This document shows, piece after piece, positions 41,236 through 51,520 of a stretch of DNA of 64,000 nt. A model generated the notes under the pieces. The model was not told where the DNA came from. It worked only from the letters and a program-made list of their open reading frames with translations, and ran no database searches. Positions within the stretch are counted from its first letter, which is position 1, and each line of letters begins with the position of its first letter. The translations under genes were made by a program, and so were the position numbers. The DNA comes from Candidatus Binatia bacterium (GTDB lineage: Bacteria > Desulfobacterota > Binatia > UBA9968 > JAJDTQ01): positions 768,001-832,000 of the forward strand of contig OY762897.2 in the NCBI GenBank assembly GCA_963666515.2, read 5' to 3'.

Positions 41236-42246
41236 ATGTCCAAATGCTCCTTCGGCGTCGAGATTCACCCCTACTACGACGTTCCCGCCCTGATGCACGA
41301 GGTGACGCTGGCGGAGGAACTGGGCTACGACCAGGTATGGTTCGGCGACTCCCAACTCATCTGGCGGGAGATGTACGTGCTCCTGGGCGCTGCCGCCCAG
41401 GCCACCTCAAGGGTCCTGCTGGGCACCGGCGTCACCAACCCGATCACGCGGGTCTCCGCGGTCACCGCCAGCGCGGCGGCGACGCTGCAGGAGCTGTCCG
41501 GCGGCCGGCTCACCCTGGGCATCGGCAACGGCTTCACCTCGGTGAATACCATGGGCAGGAAGCCCGCCACCCGGGCTCAGCTTGAAGCGTGCGTTGACGA
41601 AATCCGCATGCTGTGCCGCGGCGACCGCGTGCCGGTGGAGTCCGGAGACATGCGGCTGATGTTCGGCGCGCCGGAGAAGTGCCCGCCCATCGCCCTGGCC
41701 GCCAGCGGCCCGAAGATGCTGCGGCTGGCGGGCCGCATCGGCGACGGCGTGATCCTGGCCCGGGTCGCCATGGAAGGGGACATGCTGGCCCGGATGCTGG
41801 AGTGCGTGGACGGCGGCCGGAGGGAGGAGGGCCGCGACGCTGCGCCGTTCCAGAGGTTCCTTTCGGTCTCCGCGGCCGTGGACGAGGACGGTTCCAAGGC
41901 GGTGTCTGTGGTGCGGCCCCACGTGGCGCGGGCCATCCTCAAGCCGTTCTGGGGGCTGAGCCCGGCGGCCGCCGCGGCAGCGGAAAGGATGACCGGCCAA
42001 TACGACAACTACCAGCACCTCAACCCCAACGCCGCCCACGCCGACTCCGTCCCAGACGAGGTAGTGCCCGAATTCGCTCTGGCGGGCACGCCGGCCCAGT
42101 GTATCGAGAAGGCCCGCCGCATGTTCGAGAGCGGCATCGACCAGATCACCATCCGTCCCTACGCGGTGGACGGCCTGCCCCGGGCCAGCATGATCCGCGC
42201 CTTCGCCGAGCAGGTCGTGCAGCCCATGCTGCGGGGTGACGGCTGA
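41236..42246 (+). CDS. LLM-class flavin-dependent oxidoreductase (Mer-like)
   Basis: AEELGYDQVWFGDS, GTGVTNP, ATLQELSGGR, AASGPKML. Confidence 0.9.
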   Translation: MSKCSFGVEIHPYYDVPALMHEVTLAEELGYDQVWFGDSQLIWREMYVLLGAAAQATSRVLLGTGVTNPITRVSAVTASAAATLQELSGGRLTLGIGNGFTSVNTMGRKPATRAQLEACVDEIRMLCRGDRVPVESGDMRLMFGAPEKCPPIALAASGPKMLRLAGRIGDGVILARVAMEGDMLARMLECVDGGRREEGRDAAPFQRFLSVSAAVDEDGSKAVSVVRPHVARAILKPFWGLSPAAAAAAERMTGQYDNYQHLNPNAAHADSVPDEVVPEFALAGTPAQCIEKARRMFESGIDQITIRPYAVDGLPRASMIRAFAEQVVQPMLRGDG

Positions 42247-42259
42247 CCGGACGACCGGC

Positions 42260-43474
42260 ATGTCACGCGACCACCTGAACTTCCTCTTTCTCAACGTCGC
42301 GCACTTTCTCGATCATCTCTTCATGCTGATCTTCGCGACGGTGGCGGCGTTGCGGCTGGCCCACGAGTGGGACATGAGCTACGGAGCGCTGATCCCCTAC
42401 GCCACGCCGGGGTTCGTCGCCTTCGGGGTCTGCGCGATTCCGGCCGGATGGATCGGGGACAAGTGGAGCCGTGCGGGGATGATCGTCATCTTCTTCATCG
42501 GCACCGGCGCGGGCTCGATCCTGACCGCGCTGGCGGCCACGCCGGTGGAGATTGCCTTGGCGCTGCTGGCGATGGGGGTGTTCGCCGCCATCTACCACCC
42601 CGTGGGAATCGCCATGGTGATACAGGGACGGCGCAAGACCGGCATTCCCATCGCCATCAACGGCGTGTTCGGCAACCTCGGAGTCGCCGCCGCCGCGCTG
42701 CTCACCGGCTACCTGATCGACACGGGCGGCTGGCGCAACGCGTTCGTCTGGCCCGGCGCGGTTTCCATCGCCCTCGGTGTCGCATACGCGGCCTTCGTAT
42801 GGACGGGACGGTGGAGCCGGGCGCCCGGCCTCGCGGACGCCGCGGCCGGCAGGCAGCCCGCCGCCGACATCGTGTCCGTCGGGCGTCCGACGTTCGTGCG
42901 CGTGCTCTGCATCATCGTGTTCACCACCGCCATCGGCGGCCTGATCTTCCAGAGCACCACGTTCGCGCTGCCGAAGATCTTCGACGAGCGGCTCCACGGC
43001 ATCGCCGGCTCGGCCACCGCGGTGGGCGGCTATGCCTTCATGGTGTTCGCCATCGCCGCTATGGCGCAGCTCGTGGTGGGGTATCTCGTGGACCGATACT
43101 CCGTGCGCACGGTGTTCGCGTTCGTCGGCGGGTTGCAGGCCGCGCTCTTCGCCATCATGTACCAGCTCACCGGCCTGGGCGCCCTGGTGGTCGCGGTCGC
43201 CTTCATGCTCGTCGTGTTCGGACAGATCCCCATCAACGACGTGCTCATCGGCCGCATCACCAAAAGCGAGTGGCGCAGCCGCGTCTTCTCCCTCCGCTAC
43301 ATCGTGACCTTCTCGGTCATGGCGTCCACGCTGCCCTTCGTGGCTGGCATCCACGCAAGCTGGGGTTTCGGCGCCCTCTTCGTGGTGATGGCGGTGGCCG
43401 CGAGCGGCGTCCTCGCCGCGGCCCTGATGCTGCCGCGCACCGGCGTGGTCGTCGGGCAGCCTGCGGCGGCGTGA
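42260..43474 (+). CDS. MFS transporter
   Basis: HFLDH, GWIGDKWSR, AIYHPVG, about 12 TM segments; start 42236 or 42260. Confidence 0.88.
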   Translation: MSRDHLNFLFLNVAHFLDHLFMLIFATVAALRLAHEWDMSYGALIPYATPGFVAFGVCAIPAGWIGDKWSRAGMIVIFFIGTGAGSILTALAATPVEIALALLAMGVFAAIYHPVGIAMVIQGRRKTGIPIAINGVFGNLGVAAAALLTGYLIDTGGWRNAFVWPGAVSIALGVAYAAFVWTGRWSRAPGLADAAAGRQPAADIVSVGRPTFVRVLCIIVFTTAIGGLIFQSTTFALPKIFDERLHGIAGSATAVGGYAFMVFAIAAMAQLVVGYLVDRYSVRTVFAFVGGLQAALFAIMYQLTGLGALVVAVAFMLVVFGQIPINDVLIGRITKSEWRSRVFSLRYIVTFSVMASTLPFVAGIHASWGFGALFVVMAVAASGVLAAALMLPRTGVVVGQPAAA

Positions 43475-43528
43475 AGCTGCGCTCCGCCGGGATGACGAGT
43501 CCGACTCAACGCGGCATGACTTTCATCT

Positions 43529-45646
43529 ATGGCTGAAAGGAAACCCGCATACCGCATCGGCGTAGACGTCGGCGGCACCTTCATCGATCTCATGGTGTCC
43601 GACGGCGACCAGCGCCGTATTCGCAAGACCCTGTCCGATCCTGCCGACCTTGCCGGCGCCCTGCTGGCCGGCCTGGATCTCGTGGGGGAGGAGTTGGGCT
43701 TGACCCTGAACGAGTTGCTGGCCCGTACCGAGCAGATCGTCCACGGCAGCACCATCGCCACCAACGCGTTGCTGACGCGGAACGGCGCGCGTACGGCGCT
43801 TCTCACCACGGCCGGGTTCCGGGATGTGCTCAACATGCGGCGCGGCCTGCGCACCGATCTTTACGAACCCAAGCAGGCCCCGCCCGACCCGCTGGTTCCG
43901 AGGCAACGGATTCACCCCGTCACGGAGCGTGTGGACAGCGACGGTGCGGTGCTGGAACCGTTGGACGGTGACTCCGTTGACCGGGCCGTGGCCGCGCTCC
44001 GTCAGGCAGGCGCGGAGAGTGTCGCCGTGGGGCTCGTGTTCGCCTTCGCCAACGACGCCCACGAGCGCGCCGTGGCGTCGCGCCTCAGGGACGCGCTCCC
44101 GGACGTGCACGTCTCGCTCTCCAGCGAGGTGTTGCCCGAGGTGAGGCTCTACGAGCGCCTCAGCACCACCGCGGTGAACGCTTACGTGACGCCGGTGCTC
44201 GCGGCCTACCTTGAGTCCCTCGAACGGCGGCTGGCGGGCAACGGGTTCCGCGGCCGGCTGCTGGTCATGCAGTCCAGCGGCGGGGTCATGGGCCTGGATC
44301 CGGCGAGGCGGTTCGGGGTGCGGAGCATCCTTTCCGGACCGGCCGCCGGGCCGGTGGCGGGCCTCTGGTACGCCGGCCTCCACGGCATCTCCAACGCCAT
44401 CACCGCGGACATGGGAGGGACCAGCTTCGATGTCTGCCTCGCCGAGGGGGGCGAGGTGGAGGTGACCAAGGAAACGGAGATATCGGGGCACCGGATCGCG
44501 CTGCCCATGGTGGCGGTGCACACCATCGGCGCCGGCGGCGGCAGCATCGTCACGGTGGACGGCAGGGGGCTGCTACGGGTGGGACCTGAGAGCGCCGGCT
44601 CCACCCCCGGTCCCGTGTGCTACGGCCGGGGCGGCGACCGGCCCACGGTCACGGACGCCGACCTGCTCATCGGCTACCTGGGCGCGGAGCGGTTCTGGGG
44701 CGGGCGGCTCAGGCTCGACGAGGACGCGGCCCGGGAAGCGTTCCGCCGGCACGTGGCCGAGCGCCTGGGCGTGGACGCGGTGCGTGCCGCCTACGGCGCC
44801 TTCCAGGTGGTGAACGCCAACATGGTGGACGCCATCCGGGAGGTGTCGGTGCGGCGCGGCCACGACCCGCGCCGGTTCGTGCTGGTGGCCGCGGGCGGCG
44901 CCGGCCCCATCCATGCCTGCGCCATCGCGCGGGAGCTGGACATTGGCCTGGTCCTGGTGCCACGGGAGGCGTCGGTCATGTGCGCCGCCGGACAGCTCCT
45001 GTCCGACCTGCGCCACGATTTCGTGAGGAGCTGTGTGATGTCGCTGGAGCGGTTCGACCGGGACATGGTGGAATCGCATTTCCGGGAGTTGCGGCGTGCG
45101 GCCACGGAAGCGCTCCTGGCCGAGGGTATCCCGCCGCATCGCATTGCGGTAAGCTCGGCTGCGGACGTGCGCTACGTGGGACAGTTCAGCGAGGTGGAGG
45201 TGCCCTTGTCCGATACCGCGATGACCGAGGCCGTGGTGGCGAAGCTGACCGGTGACTTTCACCGGCTCCACGAGTCCCTGAACGGCTACAATATGCCGGA
45301 GGCGGCGGCCGAGATCGTCAACCTGCGGGTGGTGGGAAAGGGCCCCGCCGATGCCGAGGTCACGCCTGACCAGCGCGGCACACCGGGCACGGCCCTGACG
45401 GGCCGCCGCGGAGCGTTCTTCGAGGACGGTTTCCGCGAGGTGCCGGTCTACGACGGTCACCGGCTGGCTTCCGGGGAGGACGTCGCCGGCCCGGCCATCG
45501 TCGAGCAGGAGACCACCACCGTGGTGGTGCCGCCGGAGTACCAGCTCACCTGCGACGCTTTCGACAACTACCTCGTGTACCTGAAGGAGCGCGGTCTGGC
45601 CGAGAGCTTGGCGCGGGTGAAGCCCGGGCCGGAAGACGGGAGGTAG
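43529..45646 (+). CDS. Hydantoinase/oxoprolinase A subunit
   Basis: GVDVGGTF, HGSTIATNALL, LSGPAAG, DMGGTSFD, IGAGGGS, PGPVCYGRGG. Confidence 0.93.
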   Translation: MAERKPAYRIGVDVGGTFIDLMVSDGDQRRIRKTLSDPADLAGALLAGLDLVGEELGLTLNELLARTEQIVHGSTIATNALLTRNGARTALLTTAGFRDVLNMRRGLRTDLYEPKQAPPDPLVPRQRIHPVTERVDSDGAVLEPLDGDSVDRAVAALRQAGAESVAVGLVFAFANDAHERAVASRLRDALPDVHVSLSSEVLPEVRLYERLSTTAVNAYVTPVLAAYLESLERRLAGNGFRGRLLVMQSSGGVMGLDPARRFGVRSILSGPAAGPVAGLWYAGLHGISNAITADMGGTSFDVCLAEGGEVEVTKETEISGHRIALPMVAVHTIGAGGGSIVTVDGRGLLRVGPESAGSTPGPVCYGRGGDRPTVTDADLLIGYLGAERFWGGRLRLDEDAAREAFRRHVAERLGVDAVRAAYGAFQVVNANMVDAIREVSVRRGHDPRRFVLVAAGGAGPIHACAIARELDIGLVLVPREASVMCAAGQLLSDLRHDFVRSCVMSLERFDRDMVESHFRELRRAATEALLAEGIPPHRIAVSSAADVRYVGQFSEVEVPLSDTAMTEAVVAKLTGDFHRLHESLNGYNMPEAAAEIVNLRVVGKGPADAEVTPDQRGTPGTALTGRRGAFFEDGFREVPVYDGHRLASGEDVAGPAIVEQETTTVVVPPEYQLTCDAFDNYLVYLKERGLAESLARVKPGPEDGR

Positions 45647-45650
45647 AATC

Positions 45651-47414
45651 ATGGACCCCATTCTCGTGACTGTCATCGCCAACCGTCTCGAAGGGGTCAC
45701 CCGTGAGATGGGCGCGGGCATGCTGCGCAGCTCGCGCTCGCCCATCTTCGCCGAGAACAAGGACTTCGTGACCGCGGTGTTCGACCGCCGCCTCCGGCTG
45801 GTGGCGCAGACCGCCTACATTCCTGTGCTGATGGGTGCGAGTCCGTTCGCGGTCAAGGCGGTCAGCGACCACTTCGGCGACGATGTGGAGCCGGGGGACG
45901 TGATGATCCTCAACGACCCCTACCGCGGCAACAACCACGCGCCGGACATCTCCGTGATGAAGCCGGTGTTCTTCGAGGGTGAGCTTCGGTTCTGGGTCCT
46001 CAGCCGGGGCCACCACGCGGACATCGGCGGCGGTGGAGCCGCGGGGCGGAACCCTCACGCGGCCACGGCCTGGGAGGAAGGTCTTCGGATACCGCCCGCG
46101 AAGCTCTACCGGGGCGGCGCCTGCAACCGGGACGTGTGGGAGATCATCCTGCTGAACGTGCGCCTGCGCAGCTCGGTGGAGGGCGACCTCCAGTGCCAGG
46201 TGGGCGCCTGCAACGTGGGCGAGAAGTCGCTGGAGCAGATGCTCCTGCGGTACGGCTGCGAAAGCGTCGAAGGCGCCATGGAGGAGATGCTGGACCGGAG
46301 CGAGGCGCAGATGCGGGAGCGCATCGCGGCCGTTCCCGACGGAGTCTACCATGCCTCCCGGCAGCTCGATCACGTGCTGGAGGACGGCCCCGGCGGGCGG
46401 CCCGCCATCCGCGTGCGGCTGGAGGTGGAAGAGGACGGGCTGCGTTTCGACTTCGCCGGCTCGGACCCGCAGATCCCGGTCTACTACAACAGCTCCTACG
46501 CCAACACGGTGTCGTCGTGCTACATCGGGCTCTTTTCCACCATCGCCGCGGACGTGAGCGTGAACGAGGGCTGCATGCGCCCGGTGGCGGTTTCGGCGCC
46601 GGAAGGGTCGCTGGTGAATCCACGGGAAGGCGCGCCCACCACCCAGTGCACCGTCGCCACCTGCGCCACCATCGTGGAAGCCGTGTGGATGGCGCTGTCC
46701 CAGGCCGTGCCGGATCGGGTGCAGGCGGGCTGGGCGCGCACCAACGCGGGCGCCGGCACCGCCCTGAACCGGCGGACCGGGCGGCCGGGCGCCTTCATCC
46801 TCCATTTCGCCAAGGGAGGCGGCGGCGCCACCCAGGGGTTCGACGGCTGGAGTCACATCAGCCCGGTGTCGTCCATGGGCGGCTCGCGGGTGCCGGACCC
46901 GGAACTCTACGAGCTGACCTTCCCGCACCGCATCCTGAACTATGAACTCCGCCCGGACAGCGCCGGCGCAGGAAAGTGGCGCGGCGGTTACGGGGCGCTG
47001 TTCTCCCTGCGATTCAACGAGGATGGCAGCGCCCTCTCGGTGCAGATCGGCAGCGGCGCCGAGGAGACCGCGCCGTTCGGTCTGGCCGGGGGTTCCCCGG
47101 CCGCGGCCGGCACGGTGCGGGTGCGCTCGGAGGACGGCGAGGAGGTGGAGTTCCACCGCGCCGCCATGCACCACCCGCGCGGCGGCGACGTGGCCGAGAT
47201 ACGCTCCGCCGGAGGCGGCGGATACGGCGACCCGTACGAACGGCCGGTGGAGGCCGTCCTGGACGACGTGGAAGCCGAACTGCTGTCGCCAGAGAACGCA
47301 CGGCAGCAGTACGGCGTGGTGGTGGACCCGGAGACGGGCACCGCGGACATGGAGGCGACCCGGAGGCTGCGGCAAGTCGGTTGGACGAAGGCCGCGGCGT
47401 CGTGCGGTCAATGA
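45651..47414 (+). CDS. Hydantoinase B/oxoprolinase subunit
   Basis: LNDPYRGNNHAPD, HHADIGG, EEGLRIPP, GGGGYGDP. Confidence 0.93.
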   Translation: MDPILVTVIANRLEGVTREMGAGMLRSSRSPIFAENKDFVTAVFDRRLRLVAQTAYIPVLMGASPFAVKAVSDHFGDDVEPGDVMILNDPYRGNNHAPDISVMKPVFFEGELRFWVLSRGHHADIGGGGAAGRNPHAATAWEEGLRIPPAKLYRGGACNRDVWEIILLNVRLRSSVEGDLQCQVGACNVGEKSLEQMLLRYGCESVEGAMEEMLDRSEAQMRERIAAVPDGVYHASRQLDHVLEDGPGGRPAIRVRLEVEEDGLRFDFAGSDPQIPVYYNSSYANTVSSCYIGLFSTIAADVSVNEGCMRPVAVSAPEGSLVNPREGAPTTQCTVATCATIVEAVWMALSQAVPDRVQAGWARTNAGAGTALNRRTGRPGAFILHFAKGGGGATQGFDGWSHISPVSSMGGSRVPDPELYELTFPHRILNYELRPDSAGAGKWRGGYGALFSLRFNEDGSALSVQIGSGAEETAPFGLAGGSPAAAGTVRVRSEDGEEVEFHRAAMHHPRGGDVAEIRSAGGGGYGDPYERPVEAVLDDVEAELLSPENARQQYGVVVDPETGTADMEATRRLRQVGWTKAAASCGQ

Positions 47415-47506
47415 TGATTGCCGGCTCGGTACATGTTATAATCCCGTCTTCCTGTAGTGATTTGCTGGTCATTTTGCCGGCGGCGGCGTTTGCGGACTAT
47501 ACCGGG

Positions 47507-48526
47507 ATGATGAAGATGAACGTAATGAAGGTCGCCGTCCTCGCCGCGGCTTCGTTCCTGCTCTCCGCTTGCCTCGGTGGCGGTGGCACGACCGGAGGCA
47601 AAGTCGATCCCGTGCCCGGAGGTAACGGTGGCGATGCCATGCCTGGTGACACGAGCCGTTACATCGAGAGAGGTCCGCGTCTGGCATCCTCCAACCTGTC
47701 GCCGATTCGGGAAGCGGAAGACGACTTCGGCGCGGATGTGATCGAGGCCTTAGTCCGCGCAACGGGGGCCACACCACGCGGCTCCTCGCAATCGTCGCTG
47801 GTCGACGAGGATGGGCGCACGGCTGATGAAGTGACGGCCCGCGTTGTCCGCGATGATGACGGGAACGTGGTCTACGAGGTCACCGACCGCGCCCGCATGA
47901 TCGTCCGCGTACCCGTACCCGCCCGCCAGAATTTCCACTTGGCTCTCTTCACCACCCTGCTCCCCGGTATCGAGCCCGATCTGACGAGCTACCCGCATGA
48001 GGTTCTCGGCCTGTGGGCGTGGGACGGCGAGACCGGGTCGGAGATCGGGGCGTTCTGGGACAAGAGTCCATCGGGACCGCCCACGACTTTAGGCTCGCCG
48101 TTGCCGACGGGTACAGCCACCTACGAAGGCGACGCAGTGGGACTCCATGCCGCCGGCGGAGCGGCGACGAAGTTCCTGGCCGACGTGACACTGGTCGCCG
48201 ACTTCGGCGCCCATTTGGTGAGCGGCAAGGTTGACACGTTCCGTTCCATCGCCGGGATGTCGTTGGGCGACCTGTCCGTTACACTGAGCGAGACCCCCTT
48301 TTCGCCTCAGGGGGAGGCCTTTTCGGGCGAGACGACGGCGACGGCGGTTTCCGGGAGTGGCAAATGGGGAGCGCGCTGGAGCCACGATAGCCGCTCGGCG
48401 ATGGGTGGGACGTTCGGCTTCGCCGCAGCCGACGGGAGTGTGGCTCTTCTGGGAGCGTTCGATGCGTCCGCACGTGCCTCCGCGGCTGGTGGGGATCCCA
48501 ACGACCCCGTGGCGACGGGTCGGTAA
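47507..48526 (+). CDS. Lipoprotein with TbpB/transferrin-binding-like C-terminal beta-barrel
   Basis: Lipobox LLSAC-LGGGG, PTGTATYEGDAVG, LVADFG, GGTFGF...GAFDA; start 47507-47525; TGTTATAAT upstream. Confidence 0.65.
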   Translation: MMKMNVMKVAVLAAASFLLSACLGGGGTTGGKVDPVPGGNGGDAMPGDTSRYIERGPRLASSNLSPIREAEDDFGADVIEALVRATGATPRGSSQSSLVDEDGRTADEVTARVVRDDDGNVVYEVTDRARMIVRVPVPARQNFHLALFTTLLPGIEPDLTSYPHEVLGLWAWDGETGSEIGAFWDKSPSGPPTTLGSPLPTGTATYEGDAVGLHAAGGAATKFLADVTLVADFGAHLVSGKVDTFRSIAGMSLGDLSVTLSETPFSPQGEAFSGETTATAVSGSGKWGARWSHDSRSAMGGTFGFAAADGSVALLGAFDASARASAAGGDPNDPVATGR

Positions 48527-48608
48527 AGAAAGAACCATAAAGAACGGACACATCACGCACGCGGAAGCTCTCGACCAACCCGCAGCGTATCCGTAACAGG
48601 AGGGCACC

Positions 48609-49349
48609 ATGTCGAAGATCGTCACACGCGCGCTCACGCAGGAGCAGGACGGGGTGCCCGGCTTCATCGCCTCGCCGGAACGGCAGACGCTGGGCCCGGC
48701 GCTGCTCATCGTCCATCACCACTACGGAGTGACGGGCCACATCAAGCACATGGCCTGCGAGTTCGCCGAGCGCGGGTACACCGCTATGGTGCCGGCCCTC
48801 TACGACATGCTGGGTTTCTCCGACTTCCACGGCGTGCAGAAGCAGACCACGGACGGGCGTTTCGTGGAGGTCATCGGCCAAGGATGGCGATATCTCTGCG
48901 GGCGCGACGACGTGGACGAGAACCGCGTGGCGGTCATGGGCCTGTGCATGGGCGGGCGCATCGGCATCCACTTCGCAGCGGCGACGCCGCAGGTTGCCGC
49001 ATTCCTGGGCTACTATCCCTCGGTACGCGACGAGGGTCCTAGCGAGCTGCGTCCGCGCCATCCGAACGAATCTGCACGGGAGATTCACTGCCCCTCCATG
49101 ATCCTGTTTGGAGGTCATGACCGTGTGGCGCCAGTGCCCGTGCAGGAGAAGCTTCGAGCAGCGTTCCTGGAAGGCACCCCCGACGTCGAGTGGCATTTCT
49201 TCCCGCCAGCCGGCCACGGCTTCGCCCTGGCAGACGGCGACGCCTACGACCCTACGCTGGCCAAGCTCACTTGGCCGCTGTCGGTCAACTTCCTGGATCG
49301 CGTGCTGGGAGCGGAACCTGTAGCCACGACGATGCGTTCGGTCGCCTGA
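48609..49349 (+). CDS. Dienelactone hydrolase family protein
   Basis: GLCMGG nucleophile motif, GGHD, AGHGF. Confidence 0.9.
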   Translation: MSKIVTRALTQEQDGVPGFIASPERQTLGPALLIVHHHYGVTGHIKHMACEFAERGYTAMVPALYDMLGFSDFHGVQKQTTDGRFVEVIGQGWRYLCGRDDVDENRVAVMGLCMGGRIGIHFAAATPQVAAFLGYYPSVRDEGPSELRPRHPNESAREIHCPSMILFGGHDRVAPVPVQEKLRAAFLEGTPDVEWHFFPPAGHGFALADGDAYDPTLAKLTWPLSVNFLDRVLGAEPVATTMRSVA

Positions 49350-49392
49350 GCCTGCGGCCGTATGGATGCGGGCTTGCGAACGTGAGGGGCGA

Positions 49393-50841
49393 TCAGCCTC
49401 CCACCGGCGGCGTGCGCCGGAACCACCCGGCCGCCTGCTCGTAGGCATGCGCGGCCCGCAGCACCCGTTCTTCCATGAAACGCGGCCCCACGAGTTGGAG
49501 CCCGATAGGCAGTCCGCCGTCCGTGAACCCGCAGTTGACGCTCAGGGCCGGCAGCCCGGTGAGGTTGAAGGGCGTGGTGAAGAGCGAGCGGAAGTTCACG
49601 CCCGGGCTTTCCAGCCGGATCTCCTCTCCGTCCACCATCATTACCGCCCGATTTGATTCCTCGATGGTGGGCGCAGGCACCGCGGCCGTCGGCGCGGCGA
49701 TGATGTCCGCGCCCTCGAAGACTTGGTCGAACTCCCGGCACAGCAGGCGGCGGATGCGTTGGGCGGCAACGTATGCGTCTGCGGGGATCAGCATCGAAGC
49801 GATGTTCTGGCGCAGCAGGCGCGGGCTGTAGTCCCGCGGCCGGGCCGTCAGGTAGGGCAGGTTCTCCACCACGTTCTCCGGCCGCGTGATGCACGGCCAG
49901 ACGAACCGCGTCGTATCCAGGTGCGGCACCTCCACCTCCACCAGCTTGGCGCCGAGGGACTCCAGTTGGCGCTGTGCCTCCTCGAATGCCTCCCGCACCG
50001 CTCTCGTCATGTACCGGTCGAAGTAGTCCTTGACGATCCCGACCCTTAGACCCTCGATACCCGCGTCGAGGCCGTCGCCGTAGTCCGGCACCGGCTCGTC
50101 CGCGCTGTTGGGGTCCTTCGGGTCCTTGCCCGCAATTGCCTGCAGGATCAGCGCGCAGTCCCGCACCGTTTTGCTGAATACCCCCAGGTGGTTGGTGCTG
50201 AAGCCACCCTCGCCGGGCACGTGTCCGAAGCGGCTGATGCGCCCGTAGGTGGGCTTGAATCCCACCGTGCCGCACAACGAGGCCGGGTTCCTCACCGACC
50301 CGCCGTTGTCGGTCCCTATGGAGCCCAGGCACAGGCTCGCTGCCAGACCCGCGGCCGAACCCCCGCTGGACCCCCCGGCGATCCGCTCCATGTCCCAGGG
50401 GTTCCGCGTGGTGCCGTAGAACGGGTTGATGGTGGTGCCGCCGTTGGCCCACTCATGCATGTTGGTCTTGCCCAGGATCACCGCCCCCGCCTCCCGGAGC
50501 CGCGCCACCACCGTGGCGTCGTAATCCGGAACGCACTGCTCCAGCACCTTGGACCCCGCCGTGGTCCGGATGCCGCGCGTCGCGATGTTGTCCTTGATGG
50601 ACAGCGGAATGCCGTGCAGCGGCCCGCGATACTTCCCGTCCCGTATCTCCGCCTCCGCCGCCCGCGCGTCCTCCAACGCCTCGTCACGCGATACCGTGAC
50701 GTAGGCCACCAGCTCCGGGTTCAGCCGCTCGATGCGCGCCAGCATGAGTTCGGTGATCTCCACTGGCGAAAGCTCTCCACGCCCGATTGCCACCGCCGTG
50801 TCCTCGATCGTCAGCTCCGCCAAATCATGGTCTGTCATCAC
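49393..50841 (-). CDS. Amidase-signature family enzyme
   Basis: GIPLSIKD, GGSSGGSAA, GTDNGGSVRNPA. Confidence 0.93.
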   Translation of the reverse strand: MMTDHDLAELTIEDTAVAIGRGELSPVEITELMLARIERLNPELVAYVTVSRDEALEDARAAEAEIRDGKYRGPLHGIPLSIKDNIATRGIRTTAGSKVLEQCVPDYDATVVARLREAGAVILGKTNMHEWANGGTTINPFYGTTRNPWDMERIAGGSSGGSAAGLAASLCLGSIGTDNGGSVRNPASLCGTVGFKPTYGRISRFGHVPGEGGFSTNHLGVFSKTVRDCALILQAIAGKDPKDPNSADEPVPDYGDGLDAGIEGLRVGIVKDYFDRYMTRAVREAFEEAQRQLESLGAKLVEVEVPHLDTTRFVWPCITRPENVVENLPYLTARPRDYSPRLLRQNIASMLIPADAYVAAQRIRRLLCREFDQVFEGADIIAAPTAAVPAPTIEESNRAVMMVDGEEIRLESPGVNFRSLFTTPFNLTGLPALSVNCGFTDGGLPIGLQLVGPRFMEERVLRAAHAYEQAAGWFRRTPPVGG

Positions 50842-51023
50842 GTGGCTCCTTCTGGATATTCCCGTCGCCGGGTCCGGCTTGCGGTAGGGGAAGCCTATGC
50901 GTAGGAAGGTTCGGGATCAAGGGCGGCTGTTTGTAGTGGATTCAACACGCTATAATGTTTGAAACCGTGTCCAGGGACCACTTGTGCAAGTCTTTAGTTG
51001 GAGAACCATTCGGGAGGACTGTC

Positions 51024-51248
51024 ATGGCAGAGCAGATCACGGTATCGGTAGATTCCGATGTGGCCAAGCTGTACCGGTCGGCCTCTGACGAGGAACGTCG
51101 AAAACTCGACTTGCTCGTCAATTTGCGATTGCGTGATGTTGCAGATTCCGGGAGGTCTTTCCAAGACGTCATGGAGGAAATCAGTCGCAATGCCCGGCAG
51201 CGTGGTCTGACTCCAGACATCTTGCAGTCCATCCTGGACGAAGAATGA
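51024..51248 (+). CDS. Small putative antitoxin
   Basis: MAEQITVSVD...ARQRGLTPDILQSIL; RBS GGAGG; ATGA overlap with the PIN remnant. Confidence 0.65.
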   Translation: MAEQITVSVDSDVAKLYRSASDEERRKLDLLVNLRLRDVADSGRSFQDVMEEISRNARQRGLTPDILQSILDEE

Positions 51249-51501
51249 CCCGTTTCGTCTTCGATACAAACGTCACCGTTAGCGCATTGTTGTTCAATGA
51301 ATCCGTGCCGGGGCGGGCGTTCTTCCGCGCGTTGGGACATGGAAAGTATGTCGTGATCCCAGTGATGACCATGTCCTGGAGTTGGCGGTCAGTGGTGATG
51401 CAACATACATAGCCACCGGTGATGCCGACTTGCTCGTCCTGAACCCGTTTCGTGGGGTACAGATTTTGACGCCTGCCGACTTCCTGGAAGCACCGGTATG
51501 A
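51245..51501 (+). pseudogene. PIN toxin pseudogene (internal deletion plus frameshift near 51345)
   Basis: N-part MTRFVFDTNVTVSALL..., C-part in another frame CRDPSDDHVLELAVSGDATYIATGDADLLVL. Confidence 0.8.
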
Positions 51502-51520
51502 AGGCTGAGGTACAAACAAG

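Noticed and set aside
43475-43500. GCCGGGATGACG as another family A repeat
   Set aside because: Only a short degenerate half-site, too weak to call.
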